DNA of 64,000 nt, from the NCBI GenBank assembly GCA_050250855.1, contig JBFWNW010000001.1, positions 224,001-288,000 of the forward strand, read 5' to 3'. A program made the position numbers and the translations under genes. This DNA is from Candidatus Babeliales bacterium. GTDB taxonomy: Bacteria; Babelota; Babeliae; Babelales; JACPOV01. Of this stretch, positions 49,704 through 59,668 are shown piece by piece (the first letter of the stretch is position 1; every line of letters starts with the position of its first letter). Below the pieces are notes generated by a model. The model made no database searches. It saw only the letters and a list, made by a program, of their open reading frames with translations, and was not told the origin of the DNA.

Positions 49704-51438
49704 ATATGTAGCGCAGATTTTTGAATATATAGAAAAGGAAAGCTCGCGCATAGAAATCACCAAGCTTCTTGCCGATTTATTTAAAAAAGCAGATGGTAAG
49801 CAAGCGGATATTATCTGTAATCTTTCTCTTGGCATGCTGCAACCACCATACCTTGGTACCCAATTTAATTTGGCAGAAAAAAGTCTTATTGGCGTTGTTG
49901 CACAACTTATTGATAAGTCAGAAAAAGAGGTAGCAGAGCTAACAAAAAAAATGGGTGACCTTGGCTTAGTTGTTACTACATTTTATAATCCAAATGAAGG
50001 CAATAAAGAATTAAGTTTATACGAAGTTTATGATCGTTTGTGTACTATTGAGGCTCTTGGTGGAGAAGGTTCTCAAGAAAAGAAAGCTCAAGAAGTGCTT
50101 GATCTTTTGCAAAAGTTGGATGCTTTTGGTGCAAAATATGTAATTCGTATTATTCTGGGCACCTTGCGGCTTGGTTTTTCTGATATGACTCTTGTTGATG
50201 CTTTATCATGGATGCAAGTGGGAGATAAATCCTTACGTGCAGTAATTGAGCATGCTTATAATATCTGTGCTGATATTGGCTTGATTGCCAAAACCTTGAA
50301 AGATGAAGGTGTTGAAGGCCTTAAGCATATGAAGATTCATGTTGGTATACCTATTCGTCCGGCTGCTGCTGAACGAATGCCAACAGCGCACGATATCTTT
50401 GAAAAACTTGGTCCTTGTGTAGCACAACCAAAGCTTGATGGTTTTCGTATTCAAATTCATCTTGATAAAAATAAGAAAACTTCAGAGGTACGCTTTTTCT
50501 CTCGCCATTTGGTTGATATGTCATACATGTTTCCTGATTTAGTAGAAGCATTATTAAAGCTTCCTGTGCAAACTATGATTGCAGAAGGTGAGGCGATAGC
50601 TTATGATACGCATACTGGAACATTTTTGCCCTTTCAAGAAACGGTAAAGCGAAAGCGTAAACATGGCATTGAGCAAGCTGCGACGGAATATCCCTTACGT
50701 GTTTATCTTTTTGATCTTCTTTATTGCAATGGCGAATCATATCTTGATAAATCTCATGAAGCACGGCGTACAAAACTGCTTTCTTTGGTACAAGATTCTG
50801 ATGATGAACGGGTACAGGTAATCGGTGAGCAAGAAATTAATTCTGTCAAAGAACTTGAGGCCTATTTCCATGAACAAATGGATCGAGGTCTTGAAGGAAT
50901 TGTAGTCAAGAAACCGAATTCGCATTATCAACCGGGTAAGCGTAACTTCAACTGGATCAAATTCAAACGGCACGAAGAGGGACAATTAGAAGATACTCTT
51001 GATTGTGTTGTTTTAGGTTATTATGCTGGATCTGGTAAACGTGCACAGTTTGGTATAGGTGCATTTTTAGTAGGAGTTTTTAATAAAAAAGAAGATAGCT
51101 TTGAAACGGTAGCAAAAATTGGTACGGGTCTTTCTGATGAAGGATGGCAAGAGCTCAAGAAAAAACTTGATCTACTCAAGGCACCAGAAAAACCAAAGAA
51201 TGTTGTATGTGCCAAAGAGTTGTATCCTGATGTATGGGTTTATCCTGAGCTGATTTGTATAGTTCGTGCCGATGAAATAACCCGCTCTCCTTTACATGCA
51301 GCAGCAAAAACAGCAGAATCTCTTGGGTATGCATTACGCTTTCCGAGGTTTATGGGTTACCGTCCTGATAAAGGGGTAGAAGAAGCAACAACAATTACTG
51401 AACTAAAAAGACTATACGAAGATCAATTTGCGCAATAA
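49693..51438 (+). CDS. ATP-dependent DNA ligase, archaeal/eukaryotic type with N-terminal DNA-binding domain
   Basis: LRLG, QPKLDGFRIQIH (motif I), EGE, FDLLY, EGIVVK, YQPGKR..NWIKFK, LRFPRF. Confidence 0.95.
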   Translation: MNFKYVAQIFEYIEKESSRIEITKLLADLFKKADGKQADIICNLSLGMLQPPYLGTQFNLAEKSLIGVVAQLIDKSEKEVAELTKKMGDLGLVVTTFYNPNEGNKELSLYEVYDRLCTIEALGGEGSQEKKAQEVLDLLQKLDAFGAKYVIRIILGTLRLGFSDMTLVDALSWMQVGDKSLRAVIEHAYNICADIGLIAKTLKDEGVEGLKHMKIHVGIPIRPAAAERMPTAHDIFEKLGPCVAQPKLDGFRIQIHLDKNKKTSEVRFFSRHLVDMSYMFPDLVEALLKLPVQTMIAEGEAIAYDTHTGTFLPFQETVKRKRKHGIEQAATEYPLRVYLFDLLYCNGESYLDKSHEARRTKLLSLVQDSDDERVQVIGEQEINSVKELEAYFHEQMDRGLEGIVVKKPNSHYQPGKRNFNWIKFKRHEEGQLEDTLDCVVLGYYAGSGKRAQFGIGAFLVGVFNKKEDSFETVAKIGTGLSDEGWQELKKKLDLLKAPEKPKNVVCAKELYPDVWVYPELICIVRADEITRSPLHAAAKTAESLGYALRFPRFMGYRPDKGVEEATTITELKRLYEDQFAQ

Positions 51439-51460
51439 CTATACATAAAAAAGGATAGTA

Positions 51461-51940
51461 ATGAAAGCAAAGCTCTTAGTCTCTGCGAGTGTATTTTTTT
51501 TTCTTTTTTCTCGATTATTCGCAATGGAATCTGAGAAAGAAGAATATTTCCCAAAAGAGGTAACATTTCAAGATATTTTTCCACGTTGTCAGAAGCTTAT
51601 TACCTCTTATTTTCCCAATGCTAAACCATCGTTTTATAATTCTACACCACCAGTATCGTTTTTTATTATTACAAGTACCTATAGTTTTTGTATTGATGCC
51701 ATGACAGACAGTAAAGAATGTAAAAAAGCCTTTTATGAGGTACATACAATCTTTCAAGAATCTTGTTCTCTTTTTAAAAAAAGTAAAAATAATGAACAAG
51801 AAAAGACAGCAATTTACTTAAATGATACTGCTTTACATAAAATCATGGGGCTTATCATCAACCAAGACAAAGAACTAACAGGATCTTATAATAAAAAACT
51901 ACTAGCATTATATGAAAAAGCTATGAAAGCAGATGAATAG
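51461..51940 (+). CDS. Exported hypothetical protein
   Basis: AAGGA RBS; signal peptide ending LFA-ME. Confidence 0.72.
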   Translation: MKAKLLVSASVFFFLFSRLFAMESEKEEYFPKEVTFQDIFPRCQKLITSYFPNAKPSFYNSTPPVSFFIITSTYSFCIDAMTDSKECKKAFYEVHTIFQESCSLFKKSKNNEQEKTAIYLNDTALHKIMGLIINQDKELTGSYNKKLLALYEKAMKADE

Positions 51941-51968
51941 CAGCCTTTTTTTGCAAATAAAACAAGTA

Positions 51969-52592
51969 TTATGATGAAAATGCCTCTTTAAAAAACTGAG
52001 CTTCCTTTGCAGGGTCATCAGCATGCGTAATTGCTTTGCTAATAACAATGCCATCAGGTTTTATAGAATTAATTTTATCAACGATGGAACGCTCAATTTT
52101 GCCAGAAACGTAGATGGGTAAATTAGAGTTCCCGCGTACCATATCCCAGGCATCAATGAATTTTAAAGGATCTTCATCTTCATATGAACGATGTACGAGC
52201 AAAGCAGAAACACCCATGCTTTTTGCCTCAAGAGCAGATTGCCCTGGCGATGCTGCATCGAGTAAATCGAGCATGATTTTAGCGCCTAAATTTTCTGCAG
52301 TGGTACATGCGGAATGGATGACGCTTGTATTGGTACCGGCCATAACGGTTATCCATTGCGCACCAGCTTGCACGAGCATGGTGACTGTTTGTTTGCCGCA
52401 ATCAACAATTTTGGCATCAGCAAGAATTGTTTTTTTAGGGAATGTTTCCTTAAACTTTTCAATGGCACTTAGTCCATATTTAAAAAGCAAGAGTGAACTA
52501 ATTTCGAATGTATCGATATATGGTTCAACTTTTTTGGCAATTTCTAGTGATTTATCAAGATCAATTAAGTCAAACGAAATTTGTACTTTCAT
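51969..52592 (-). CDS. Hexulose-6-phosphate synthase / OMP-decarboxylase-family TIM barrel, divergent
   Basis: QISFD, DAKIVD.G, GAQWITVM, AIT.ADDP. Confidence 0.85.
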   Translation of the reverse strand: MKVQISFDLIDLDKSLEIAKKVEPYIDTFEISSLLLFKYGLSAIEKFKETFPKKTILADAKIVDCGKQTVTMLVQAGAQWITVMAGTNTSVIHSACTTAENLGAKIMLDLLDAASPGQSALEAKSMGVSALLVHRSYEDEDPLKFIDAWDMVRGNSNLPIYVSGKIERSIVDKINSIKPDGIVISKAITHADDPAKEAQFFKEAFSS

Positions 52593-52687
52593 ACGATTCC
52601 TTTATAACCATGAGATAGCATGATTCTTGTAAGTATACCATTGTTAGTTTATTTTGAAAAAAGGGTAGTTTAATCATGTCTCCATTA

Positions 52688-53398
52688 TTACCTTATATTC
52701 AGTTGCTGCGAGTAGTAAACATCGGATTGTTTTTGTACTAATGATTTAAGCGGTCCAAAGAATTGTCGTACGGTTAAAACCCATAGTGCTTGAGCAGCAA
52801 CATTAAGTCCTTTTTTTGCATAAATATCAGGCAAAACAAGTTGAGGATTATTATTGGTTATTGTTATACCTTCAGGTACATAGATATTTTGTGGTTTTGC
52901 AAATAAAACAATAGTATCCAGTGTTATGATATTATTGGTAGGCAGGGCAATCTGCTTAGTTTGCCAGAGCCAATCTTTTGTAGCCGGATCTTGTATGCGC
53001 TCAATAGAATACATTTGGGCCTGCGATAAAGGATCCAACTGCCAATGGTGAATCGTATTGCCGATCATAAAAATTGGTATAATGCGCGGTGTAATTAACA
53101 GCTTAAAAGCATCTTTTTGTTGTTTGCGTGGGAAGGTCATCAGCCCATCCATGTCAGAAAGAGCTAAATATCCTGCATACGAACCAAAAAGTCCTAGGTT
53201 GGAGGTGTTTTTTAGGTAATTATTTTTGAAGGTTTTTGCCAACGTTTTTCCAGGAGTTATTAAATTATTAAGGTGCTTTTTATGATCAAACTCTTTTTCA
53301 TCTTCTGGATAAGGACGAATAAAGAAATTAATAGTGCTATAAGTTGTACAGCAGTAACTAAAGAGCAAAAAATATGATATCTTAAGCGCAAGTCTCAT
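52688..53398 (-). CDS. Exported hypothetical protein
   Basis: Signal-like N-terminus, 236 aa ORF. Confidence 0.7.
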   Translation of the reverse strand: MRLALKISYFLLFSYCCTTYSTINFFIRPYPEDEKEFDHKKHLNNLITPGKTLAKTFKNNYLKNTSNLGLFGSYAGYLALSDMDGLMTFPRKQQKDAFKLLITPRIIPIFMIGNTIHHWQLDPLSQAQMYSIERIQDPATKDWLWQTKQIALPTNNIITLDTIVLFAKPQNIYVPEGITITNNNPQLVLPDIYAKKGLNVAAQALWVLTVRQFFGPLKSLVQKQSDVYYSQQLNIR

Positions 53399-53459
53399 AA
53401 TTTTCCCTTTATGTGAGCCTTGTGTTTTAGGTACATTGTTATGATAACAAAGGTTTTTT

Positions 53460-54134
53460 ATGAAAAGCTACGGTTTAGATAATCAAGAATATTTTTATGA
53501 ACTGACCACGCAGGAAGAAGCGGCATTAAAGCATTTTTTTGTACAGGAAAAACTTAATGAAAAACAGGCTGGTCAGTTTAGAACCTATTTAATAGAACTT
53601 ATAATTTGGAATAAAAAATTTAATATTACGGCACTTGATACGGTGTCAGATATTATAGCTTACCATTTTCAGGATTCACTTAAAGTTCGAGATTTCATAC
53701 CTTTACAAAATTCTCGGGGCATAGCTGATGTTGGCTCTGGAGGAGGATTTCCTGGTCTTCCCCTAGCAATTTTATTTCCTGATCTTCCTGTAGTATTAAT
53801 TGAAGTTAATACTAAAAAAATAGAATTTTTGGAGCATATTAAAGTATTACTTGAACTTCATAACGTGACGGTGAGTCCTTTTGATTGGCGTACTTTTTTA
53901 CGAAAAACTGAATATCCAATAGATTTTTTTTGTGCACGCGCATCACTAGACCCTGAAGAGCTAGTACGTATATTTAAACCTGGTTGTTTTTACAACTATG
54001 CACAGTTAATTTATTGGGCTTCATCTGGATGGCATGGAGGTGAGCCGGAAAAGCCATTTTTAAAAACTGAAATTCCGTATAAGATAGGGGAAAGGTCAAG
54101 AAAATTTGTGGTTTTTTCTGCTAAAAATCATTGA
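53460..54134 (+). CDS. rsmG: 16S rRNA m7G527 methyltransferase
   Basis: WNKKFNITA, HFQDSL, DVGSGGGFPGLPLAI. Confidence 0.93.
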   Translation: MKSYGLDNQEYFYELTTQEEAALKHFFVQEKLNEKQAGQFRTYLIELIIWNKKFNITALDTVSDIIAYHFQDSLKVRDFIPLQNSRGIADVGSGGGFPGLPLAILFPDLPVVLIEVNTKKIEFLEHIKVLLELHNVTVSPFDWRTFLRKTEYPIDFFCARASLDPEELVRIFKPGCFYNYAQLIYWASSGWHGGEPEKPFLKTEIPYKIGERSRKFVVFSAKNH

Positions 54135-54149
54135 AGTAAGGAGAGTGGC

Positions 54150-55616
54150 GTGATCTTACAAGAATTAGGTAATAAAGTAAGTCTTAGGATCTTTGGGAGC
54201 AAAGATCTTACGCATAAAGAAGATTCTTTACTCAAAAGTTATGTTGGCGGTATTCTTGATGTTAAACACGGTGAAAGTTACGGAAAAATTTTAGGTTATT
54301 TTTTTCCCGAGTTTATTACGGCACTTCTTTTATATTCAGTGGTTCCTCTCATTGACGCTCGCTGGATTGCTTCACTCAAATCTACTTCTATTTATGCAAC
54401 GGTGGGTGTTACCAATACGCTGATTCATTTTATCATAAAAGCTGCAGAAGGTCTTTCTGTCGGTACGGTAATATTAGCAGGGCATTATAATGGCCTGCAG
54501 GATTATAAAGAAGTTGGCCGTTCAGTGCTCAGTTCATTTTGGGTGACCTGCGTGGTTGGTGGATCAATTGCGAGCATGCTTTTTTTTGGTGCACATTGGA
54601 TTTATGTCGCCTACGGTGTTCCTCAAAAAATGATAGAGCTCGGGGTACCCTTTTTGCGTCTTAAAGCTCTTGGGCTTTTTTGTATGTTTATTAACTTTGC
54701 TTTTGTAGGATTTTTGCGTGGTATTAAAAAGCCAAAAATTCCTATGCAGCTTTTTATTGGTGGTTGTATAGTATTTCTTTTTTTTGATTATGCTCTTATT
54801 TATGGCTCTTTTGGCTTGCCAGAGCTTGGATTAATGGGCTCAGCATGGGCTACTGTTATTCAGTATGCTTTTATGCTTATTGCTGGTATAGCTTACATTG
54901 TTATTGATCCTGCAAATCGTATATATAGTATCAGCTTATTTACGCACCTTGCAAGTTGGCGCCATATAGTTTCCATTTTCCAATTAAGTTGGCCCATTGT
55001 ACTTGATAAAGCTGTTTTTGCAGCGGCGTATATTTGGCTAGGGTATCTTATTAATCCTATGGGCAAGTATGCGATTGCTAGTTATAGCGTTATAAAAGAT
55101 TTAGAGCGGCTTGCTATTCAGCCAGCAGGAGCGTTTGCTCAGGTAATTACTTTTTTAGTGAGTAATTCTTATAGTGTCGCAGATTGGCAAGGGATTAAAA
55201 CGAATATAAAAAAGACAATTTTTCTCGCCTCACTGTTTGTTTTTTCAACATTATTAATATTTTCGATCTGGCCTGCTTTTTTTATTTCTATTTTTGACCA
55301 AAAAGGCAAGTTTACGGCTTTTTCTGCGGGTGTTTTTCCTTTTTTAAGTGTACTTGTTTTCTTTGATTTGCTACAATTGGTACTATCAGGAGCTTTGCGT
55401 GGAGCTGCTAATGTGAAAGTTGTCATGCTTGCTCGATTGGGAATTTTCTTGGTATATTTTATTCCCATATCCTGGTTTATAGCAGGGTTACCCCTTGAAA
55501 ATCAGATGTTAAAATTTTTATTAATTTATGGTTCATTTTATATCGGGAACGGCCTGATGAGCCTCATATATGTGTATCGCTTTCGTGGAAACCGCTGGAA
55601 AGATAAAGCTATTTAG
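54150..55616 (+). CDS. MATE family efflux transporter
   Basis: Many TM segments, GFLRG...P, PELGLMGSAWAT, GALRG. Confidence 0.9.
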   Translation: MILQELGNKVSLRIFGSKDLTHKEDSLLKSYVGGILDVKHGESYGKILGYFFPEFITALLLYSVVPLIDARWIASLKSTSIYATVGVTNTLIHFIIKAAEGLSVGTVILAGHYNGLQDYKEVGRSVLSSFWVTCVVGGSIASMLFFGAHWIYVAYGVPQKMIELGVPFLRLKALGLFCMFINFAFVGFLRGIKKPKIPMQLFIGGCIVFLFFDYALIYGSFGLPELGLMGSAWATVIQYAFMLIAGIAYIVIDPANRIYSISLFTHLASWRHIVSIFQLSWPIVLDKAVFAAAYIWLGYLINPMGKYAIASYSVIKDLERLAIQPAGAFAQVITFLVSNSYSVADWQGIKTNIKKTIFLASLFVFSTLLIFSIWPAFFISIFDQKGKFTAFSAGVFPFLSVLVFFDLLQLVLSGALRGAANVKVVMLARLGIFLVYFIPISWFIAGLPLENQMLKFLLIYGSFYIGNGLMSLIYVYRFRGNRWKDKAI

Positions 55617-55624
55617 GTATAACT

Positions 55625-55909
55625 ATGACAAAAATTACAAAACAGGAACTTTTAAAAATTGCACAAATTTCTCAGTTGCGTCTTGATGAAGCTGATATTG
55701 AACCCCTTATCAAACAGATTCAGGATGTTTTGACGTATGCTGAGCGTGTACAGGAAGTAGCTGAAGATATTCAGATGCCCTCAACGCAAAATATCAATGT
55801 TTTGCGCGAAGATATGATAGTTACTACTGTAGCACAGCCACTTTTAGATCTTGCGCCTGAGCGTGAGGAAGATTATTACGTGGTGCCAAAAATTATTGAA
55901 AATAAATAA
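55625..55909 (+). CDS. gatC: Asp/Glu-tRNA amidotransferase subunit C
   Basis: NVLRED, YYVVPKI; upstream of gatA. Confidence 0.93.
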   Translation: MTKITKQELLKIAQISQLRLDEADIEPLIKQIQDVLTYAERVQEVAEDIQMPSTQNINVLREDMIVTTVAQPLLDLAPEREEDYYVVPKIIENK

Positions 55910-55917
55910 GGATCTGC

Positions 55918-57363
55918 ATGAAAGATTTTGCATTTGCAACGATAGATCAATTAAAAAAAGCTTTAGATGAAAAAAGTATTTCTAGGCAAGAGCTTTTAAA
56001 TTTTTTTATTAAGCGTTTTGCTGATTATGACAAAAAATTAGGTTCTGCTCTTGAGGTTTTTGATGCAGAATCAATTTTAAAGAATAGTTCTGATAAGGGT
56101 CCTCTTGCAGGAATTCCTGGTCTTATCAAAGATAATATTGCCCAAAAAGAACGCTCATTGACCTGTGCTTCAAAAATCTTAGAAGGATTTAAAGCTACTT
56201 ATGATGCTACGGCAAGTTATCGTCTTAAGAATGCTGGCGCCTTATTAATTGGCCGTGCAAATTTGGATGAGTTTGCTATGGGAAGTTCAACAGAAACTTC
56301 TGCGTTTCAAAAAACGGCAAATCCATGGAATCTACAGTGTGTTCCTGGTGGTTCAAGTGGTGGCTCTATTGCAGCGGTTGCCGCTGGGCTAGTGCCGTGG
56401 GCTCTTGGCTCTGAAACAGGAGGCTCTGTTCGTCAGCCGGCTGCGTTATGTGGTATTGTTGGTCTTAAGCCGACATATGGTCTTGTTTCACGTAATGGTC
56501 TTGTTGCATACGCTTCATCGCTTGATCAAATTGGTATTGCAACGCGTACGGTGCGTGATAATGCGCAGGTTCTTTCTGTTATTGCAGGGCATGATACCAA
56601 AGATTCATCAAGTTTATATGTAGATAAAAAAGATTATACTTCATTACTTGATGGCAAGCTCAAAGAAGGTTTTAGAATTGGTGTATTAGAAAATGCTCTT
56701 GATGCTGAAGGCATGTCTCCTGAAATGAAGGAGGCTTTGCAGGAAGTCATTAAGAAATATGAACAAATGGGCGCTATAATCAAACGTATTAAACTACCTA
56801 TCATGGATTATGCTGCAGCTGTCTATTTTATCATTAGCCGTGCAGAAGCTGCTTCTAACTTGGCACGCTTTGATGGCGTACGCTATGGCTTGCGTGATGA
56901 AGCGTCAAGTCTGAGCGCTATGTATACCAATACGCGTCATGATGGATTTGGCCAAGAAGTGCAAGTTCGTATTATGACTGGTAACTATGTACTTTCAGCT
57001 GGCCATGCAGCAGAGTTTTATAGCAATGCAAAAAAAGTACAACGATTGATGCAATATGAATATGCGCAGACTTTTAAAGAAGTTGATGCATTAATAAGTC
57101 CTGTAACGCCAACAACAGCGTTTAAATTTGGTGCTTTTGATCAAGATCGTTTACAAATGGATTTACAAGATTACTTTACCTGCTCGGTAAACATTGCGGG
57201 TATTCCTGCTGTTGCGGTGCCGTGTGGTTTTTCAAAAGATAAAATGCCTATGGGCTTTCAGTTAATTGGACCACATCTTTCTGAGGCGCGCTTGTATCAA
57301 GCTGCCTATGCTTACGAGCAAGAAATGCCATGGCATACCATGCATCCTGAGGAGTTTATTTAA
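55918..57363 (+). CDS. gatA: Asp/Glu-tRNA amidotransferase subunit A
   Basis: KDNI, DEFAMGSS, PGGSSGGS, TGGSVRQPAA, SNLARFDGVRYG. Confidence 0.97.
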   Translation: MKDFAFATIDQLKKALDEKSISRQELLNFFIKRFADYDKKLGSALEVFDAESILKNSSDKGPLAGIPGLIKDNIAQKERSLTCASKILEGFKATYDATASYRLKNAGALLIGRANLDEFAMGSSTETSAFQKTANPWNLQCVPGGSSGGSIAAVAAGLVPWALGSETGGSVRQPAALCGIVGLKPTYGLVSRNGLVAYASSLDQIGIATRTVRDNAQVLSVIAGHDTKDSSSLYVDKKDYTSLLDGKLKEGFRIGVLENALDAEGMSPEMKEALQEVIKKYEQMGAIIKRIKLPIMDYAAAVYFIISRAEAASNLARFDGVRYGLRDEASSLSAMYTNTRHDGFGQEVQVRIMTGNYVLSAGHAAEFYSNAKKVQRLMQYEYAQTFKEVDALISPVTPTTAFKFGAFDQDRLQMDLQDYFTCSVNIAGIPAVAVPCGFSKDKMPMGFQLIGPHLSEARLYQAAYAYEQEMPWHTMHPEEFI

Positions 57364-57383
57364 AATAAAAAAAAGGAGAGGAG

Positions 57384-58010
57384 ATGTTTCAAGATCGTTA
57401 TGATGCAGCCAATCAGCTTGCTCTTGCTTTAAAACAGTACCAAAATAATCCTGATGTTATAATTTTAGCTATTCCTCGTGGCGGGCTTGAACTTGGCTTT
57501 GTGCTAGCAGAGCAACTTAAAGCGCCGCTTGATGTTGTTTTTGCCAAAAAAATTGGTGCACCGAATAACCCTGAATATGCAATTGGTGCGCTTACGCTGC
57601 ATGAACAAGAGATTGATCCCCGTTTTATGGATGTTTCTATGCAGGATTACATTGATCAAGAAACTGAACGGATTCGCACACTGCTCAAAAAACGCTACCA
57701 AGAGTATCGAGGTCAAAAGCTTGCCCTTGATCTTCATAATAAAATTGTCATTGTTGTTGATGATGGCGTTGCCACGGGAAGAACGGTAAAGCTTGCCCTC
57801 AAAGAAGTAAAACAGTTCAAACCAAAAAAATTAATCCTAGCAGTTCCCGTCGGCGCTCCTGATACTATCAAAGAGTTAGAAAAATATGCTGATGAAGTTG
57901 TTTGCTTGCAAAAAGCAGAGCTATTTTTTGCCGTAGGGCAATTTTATGATCAGTTTCCCCAAGTTGATGATCAAGAGGCGATTCGCTTATTGCATAAAGC
58001 TAATGACTAA
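57384..58010 (+). CDS. Phosphoribosyltransferase family protein
   Basis: FQDR..A, LAIPRGG, VVDDGVATG, AVGQFY..FPQV. Confidence 0.92.
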   Translation: MFQDRYDAANQLALALKQYQNNPDVIILAIPRGGLELGFVLAEQLKAPLDVVFAKKIGAPNNPEYAIGALTLHEQEIDPRFMDVSMQDYIDQETERIRTLLKKRYQEYRGQKLALDLHNKIVIVVDDGVATGRTVKLALKEVKQFKPKKLILAVPVGAPDTIKELEKYADEVVCLQKAELFFAVGQFYDQFPQVDDQEAIRLLHKAND

Positions 58011-58077
58011 ATGATGTTTTTTTTATAAAGATTATTTTTTTGTTTTGTTCATGGGTTAGGGGTTCTATTTTATTTGC

Positions 58078-58483
58078 ATATCTCACGGCACCCTCATGCC
58101 GGGTGCAGGGCACAAAGGTATTGCGTGCCCAATACCTTTGATACAAGGGCACATAAGAGAAGATCTCTTATGTATCTCTCTGCGCTCATAACTCGGCTTC
58201 CAGATTTTTATTAAAAAAAATCTGAGAAGCTCTCAAACAGATGAGCTTTCAAGGTGCACTAAACTATTTTTTATACATTTACACCGGTAGCGAATCATCG
58301 ACCTGCCGTGTCCGCCATAGCTCGAAGAGCGACGGCTGGAAAATCGAGGGTTGAAAACCCGAAGAGTGAGTGGTTGATGTCTGAGCGGGCAAGCGATCCA
58401 ACAGCATGTTGGTGTATTTTTGTCCAGCCCTTTTGTACAAGCAAAAGGGGCTGGTCCCGTCCCGGAGAGGGACCGTGAGATAT
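58078..58483. mobile_element. ~400-bp non-coding multi-hairpin element with terminal inverted repeats (MITE-like or structured RNA)
   Basis: ATATCTCACGG at 58078 / CCGTGAGATAT at 58473-58483; several internal hairpins; more GC-rich than flanks. Confidence 0.6.
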
Positions 58484-58596
58484 ATGAAAGCAAAAAATAT
58501 AATTAAAAAATTTATAATCATTAGCTTTGTACAATACTACAATTTTTATATAAGCTTTTTGTAAAAAGCTTATTGTCTCTTGTAAAGGAGTAGTAG

Positions 58597-59436
58597 ATGA
58601 GATTATTTGCAACGCGTTCATGCCGCCATTTAATGGAAGATTTTAAAGAGATTGCAGGGCATGTAGAGATCAAAACATTTTCTGATGGCGAAATTTATGT
58701 GCGCCTTTTGGAGAATGTTGCCAAGCAAGACGTATGGGTATTAGCGCAAACGGCACCGCCTGCAGAAAATCTTATAGAACTTTATTTTTTGCTTGATGCA
58801 TTGCAGCGCGAAAATGCCAACGTTAATCTTTTTTTAACGTACTTTGGGTATGCGCGGCAAGATCGTACTGCTTATGGAGAAGCATTGAGTAGCGAAGTGC
58901 TTTTTCGCTTTTTGCAAACATTTAACATAAAAAGTACTAAAATTCTTCATATTCATAATCCTAAATTGCGTGTATTTTATGATTTTCAAGATGTTATTTT
59001 ATTAGATTTTTTTATTCCGTATGCACAAGAGGCTGATATACTTGTTGCGCCGGACCATGGTGCACAGGCGTTGGTAGCATCTATAGCTGAATGTGCAAAA
59101 AAAGAATATGTGGTTATGAGCAAAACGCGTAGTAGTCACGAACATATTGAAAAAATCACCATTAACGGTACGGTAAAAAATAAGAGAGTCCTTTTGATTG
59201 ATGATATGATTGCAACAGGTGGCACTATTGTACATGCAGCAAAAATTCTTAAAGAACATGGTGCGGTAGAAATTGCTGTTGCTGCTACGCATGGTGTATT
59301 TTCCGACGATGCGTATAACCGCATTGCAAAAAGTGCAATAGATAGAGTTTTTGTAACAAATTCATTGCCACAACAAGAACATGAAAAAGTTACGGTAGTT
59401 AATTGTGCCCCTATGATTGAGCATTTTTTTCGTTGA
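58597..59436 (+). CDS. prs: Ribose-phosphate pyrophosphokinase
   Basis: FSDGEIYV, YFGYARQDR, APDHG, IDDMIATGGT, ATHGVFS, VTNSL. Confidence 0.94.
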   Translation: MRLFATRSCRHLMEDFKEIAGHVEIKTFSDGEIYVRLLENVAKQDVWVLAQTAPPAENLIELYFLLDALQRENANVNLFLTYFGYARQDRTAYGEALSSEVLFRFLQTFNIKSTKILHIHNPKLRVFYDFQDVILLDFFIPYAQEADILVAPDHGAQALVASIAECAKKEYVVMSKTRSSHEHIEKITINGTVKNKRVLLIDDMIATGGTIVHAAKILKEHGAVEIAVAATHGVFSDDAYNRIAKSAIDRVFVTNSLPQQEHEKVTVVNCAPMIEHFFR

Positions 59437-59482
59437 GCGGTATTATATTAATGTGAATTTGAGTTTTGATAGTATTTAAATG

Positions 59483-59661
59483 CGCTCATGGTGAGTGATT
59501 TCGAAGAAATCGTATCGAACCATATGAGCAAAAATGTTGTTCGAATGCTTCGACAAGCTCAGCACGAACGGAGTGAGGGTTGAGCGCAGCGTTTACTCCT
59601 GCATGCCCGACGTAGCACTGTGCGAAGTCTGGGAGTTTGATCGAAGGGTCACCACGAACGG
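59483..59661. repeat. Composite cluster of palindromic repeats (family A units plus one family B unit)
   Basis: GCTCATGGTGAG..GTATCGAACC, CTTCGACAAGCTCAGCACGAACGG, TCACCACGAACGG; family B at 59598-59632. Confidence 0.8.
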
Positions 59662-59668
59662 TATAGAG

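Noticed and set aside
58078..58483. RNase P RNA, tmRNA or SRP RNA
   Set aside because: No GAGGAAAGTCC, no tRNA-like ends with CCA, and no convincing SRP domain IV seen on either strand.
58233..58621. Three short minus-strand ORFs
   Set aside because: They overlap the GC-richer hairpin element and have no protein motifs; likely chance open frames.
59534..59668. N-terminal extension of the PAP2 ORF (FDKLSTNG...)
   Set aside because: It is a translation of palindromic repeat DNA; the same applies to 32691-32747.
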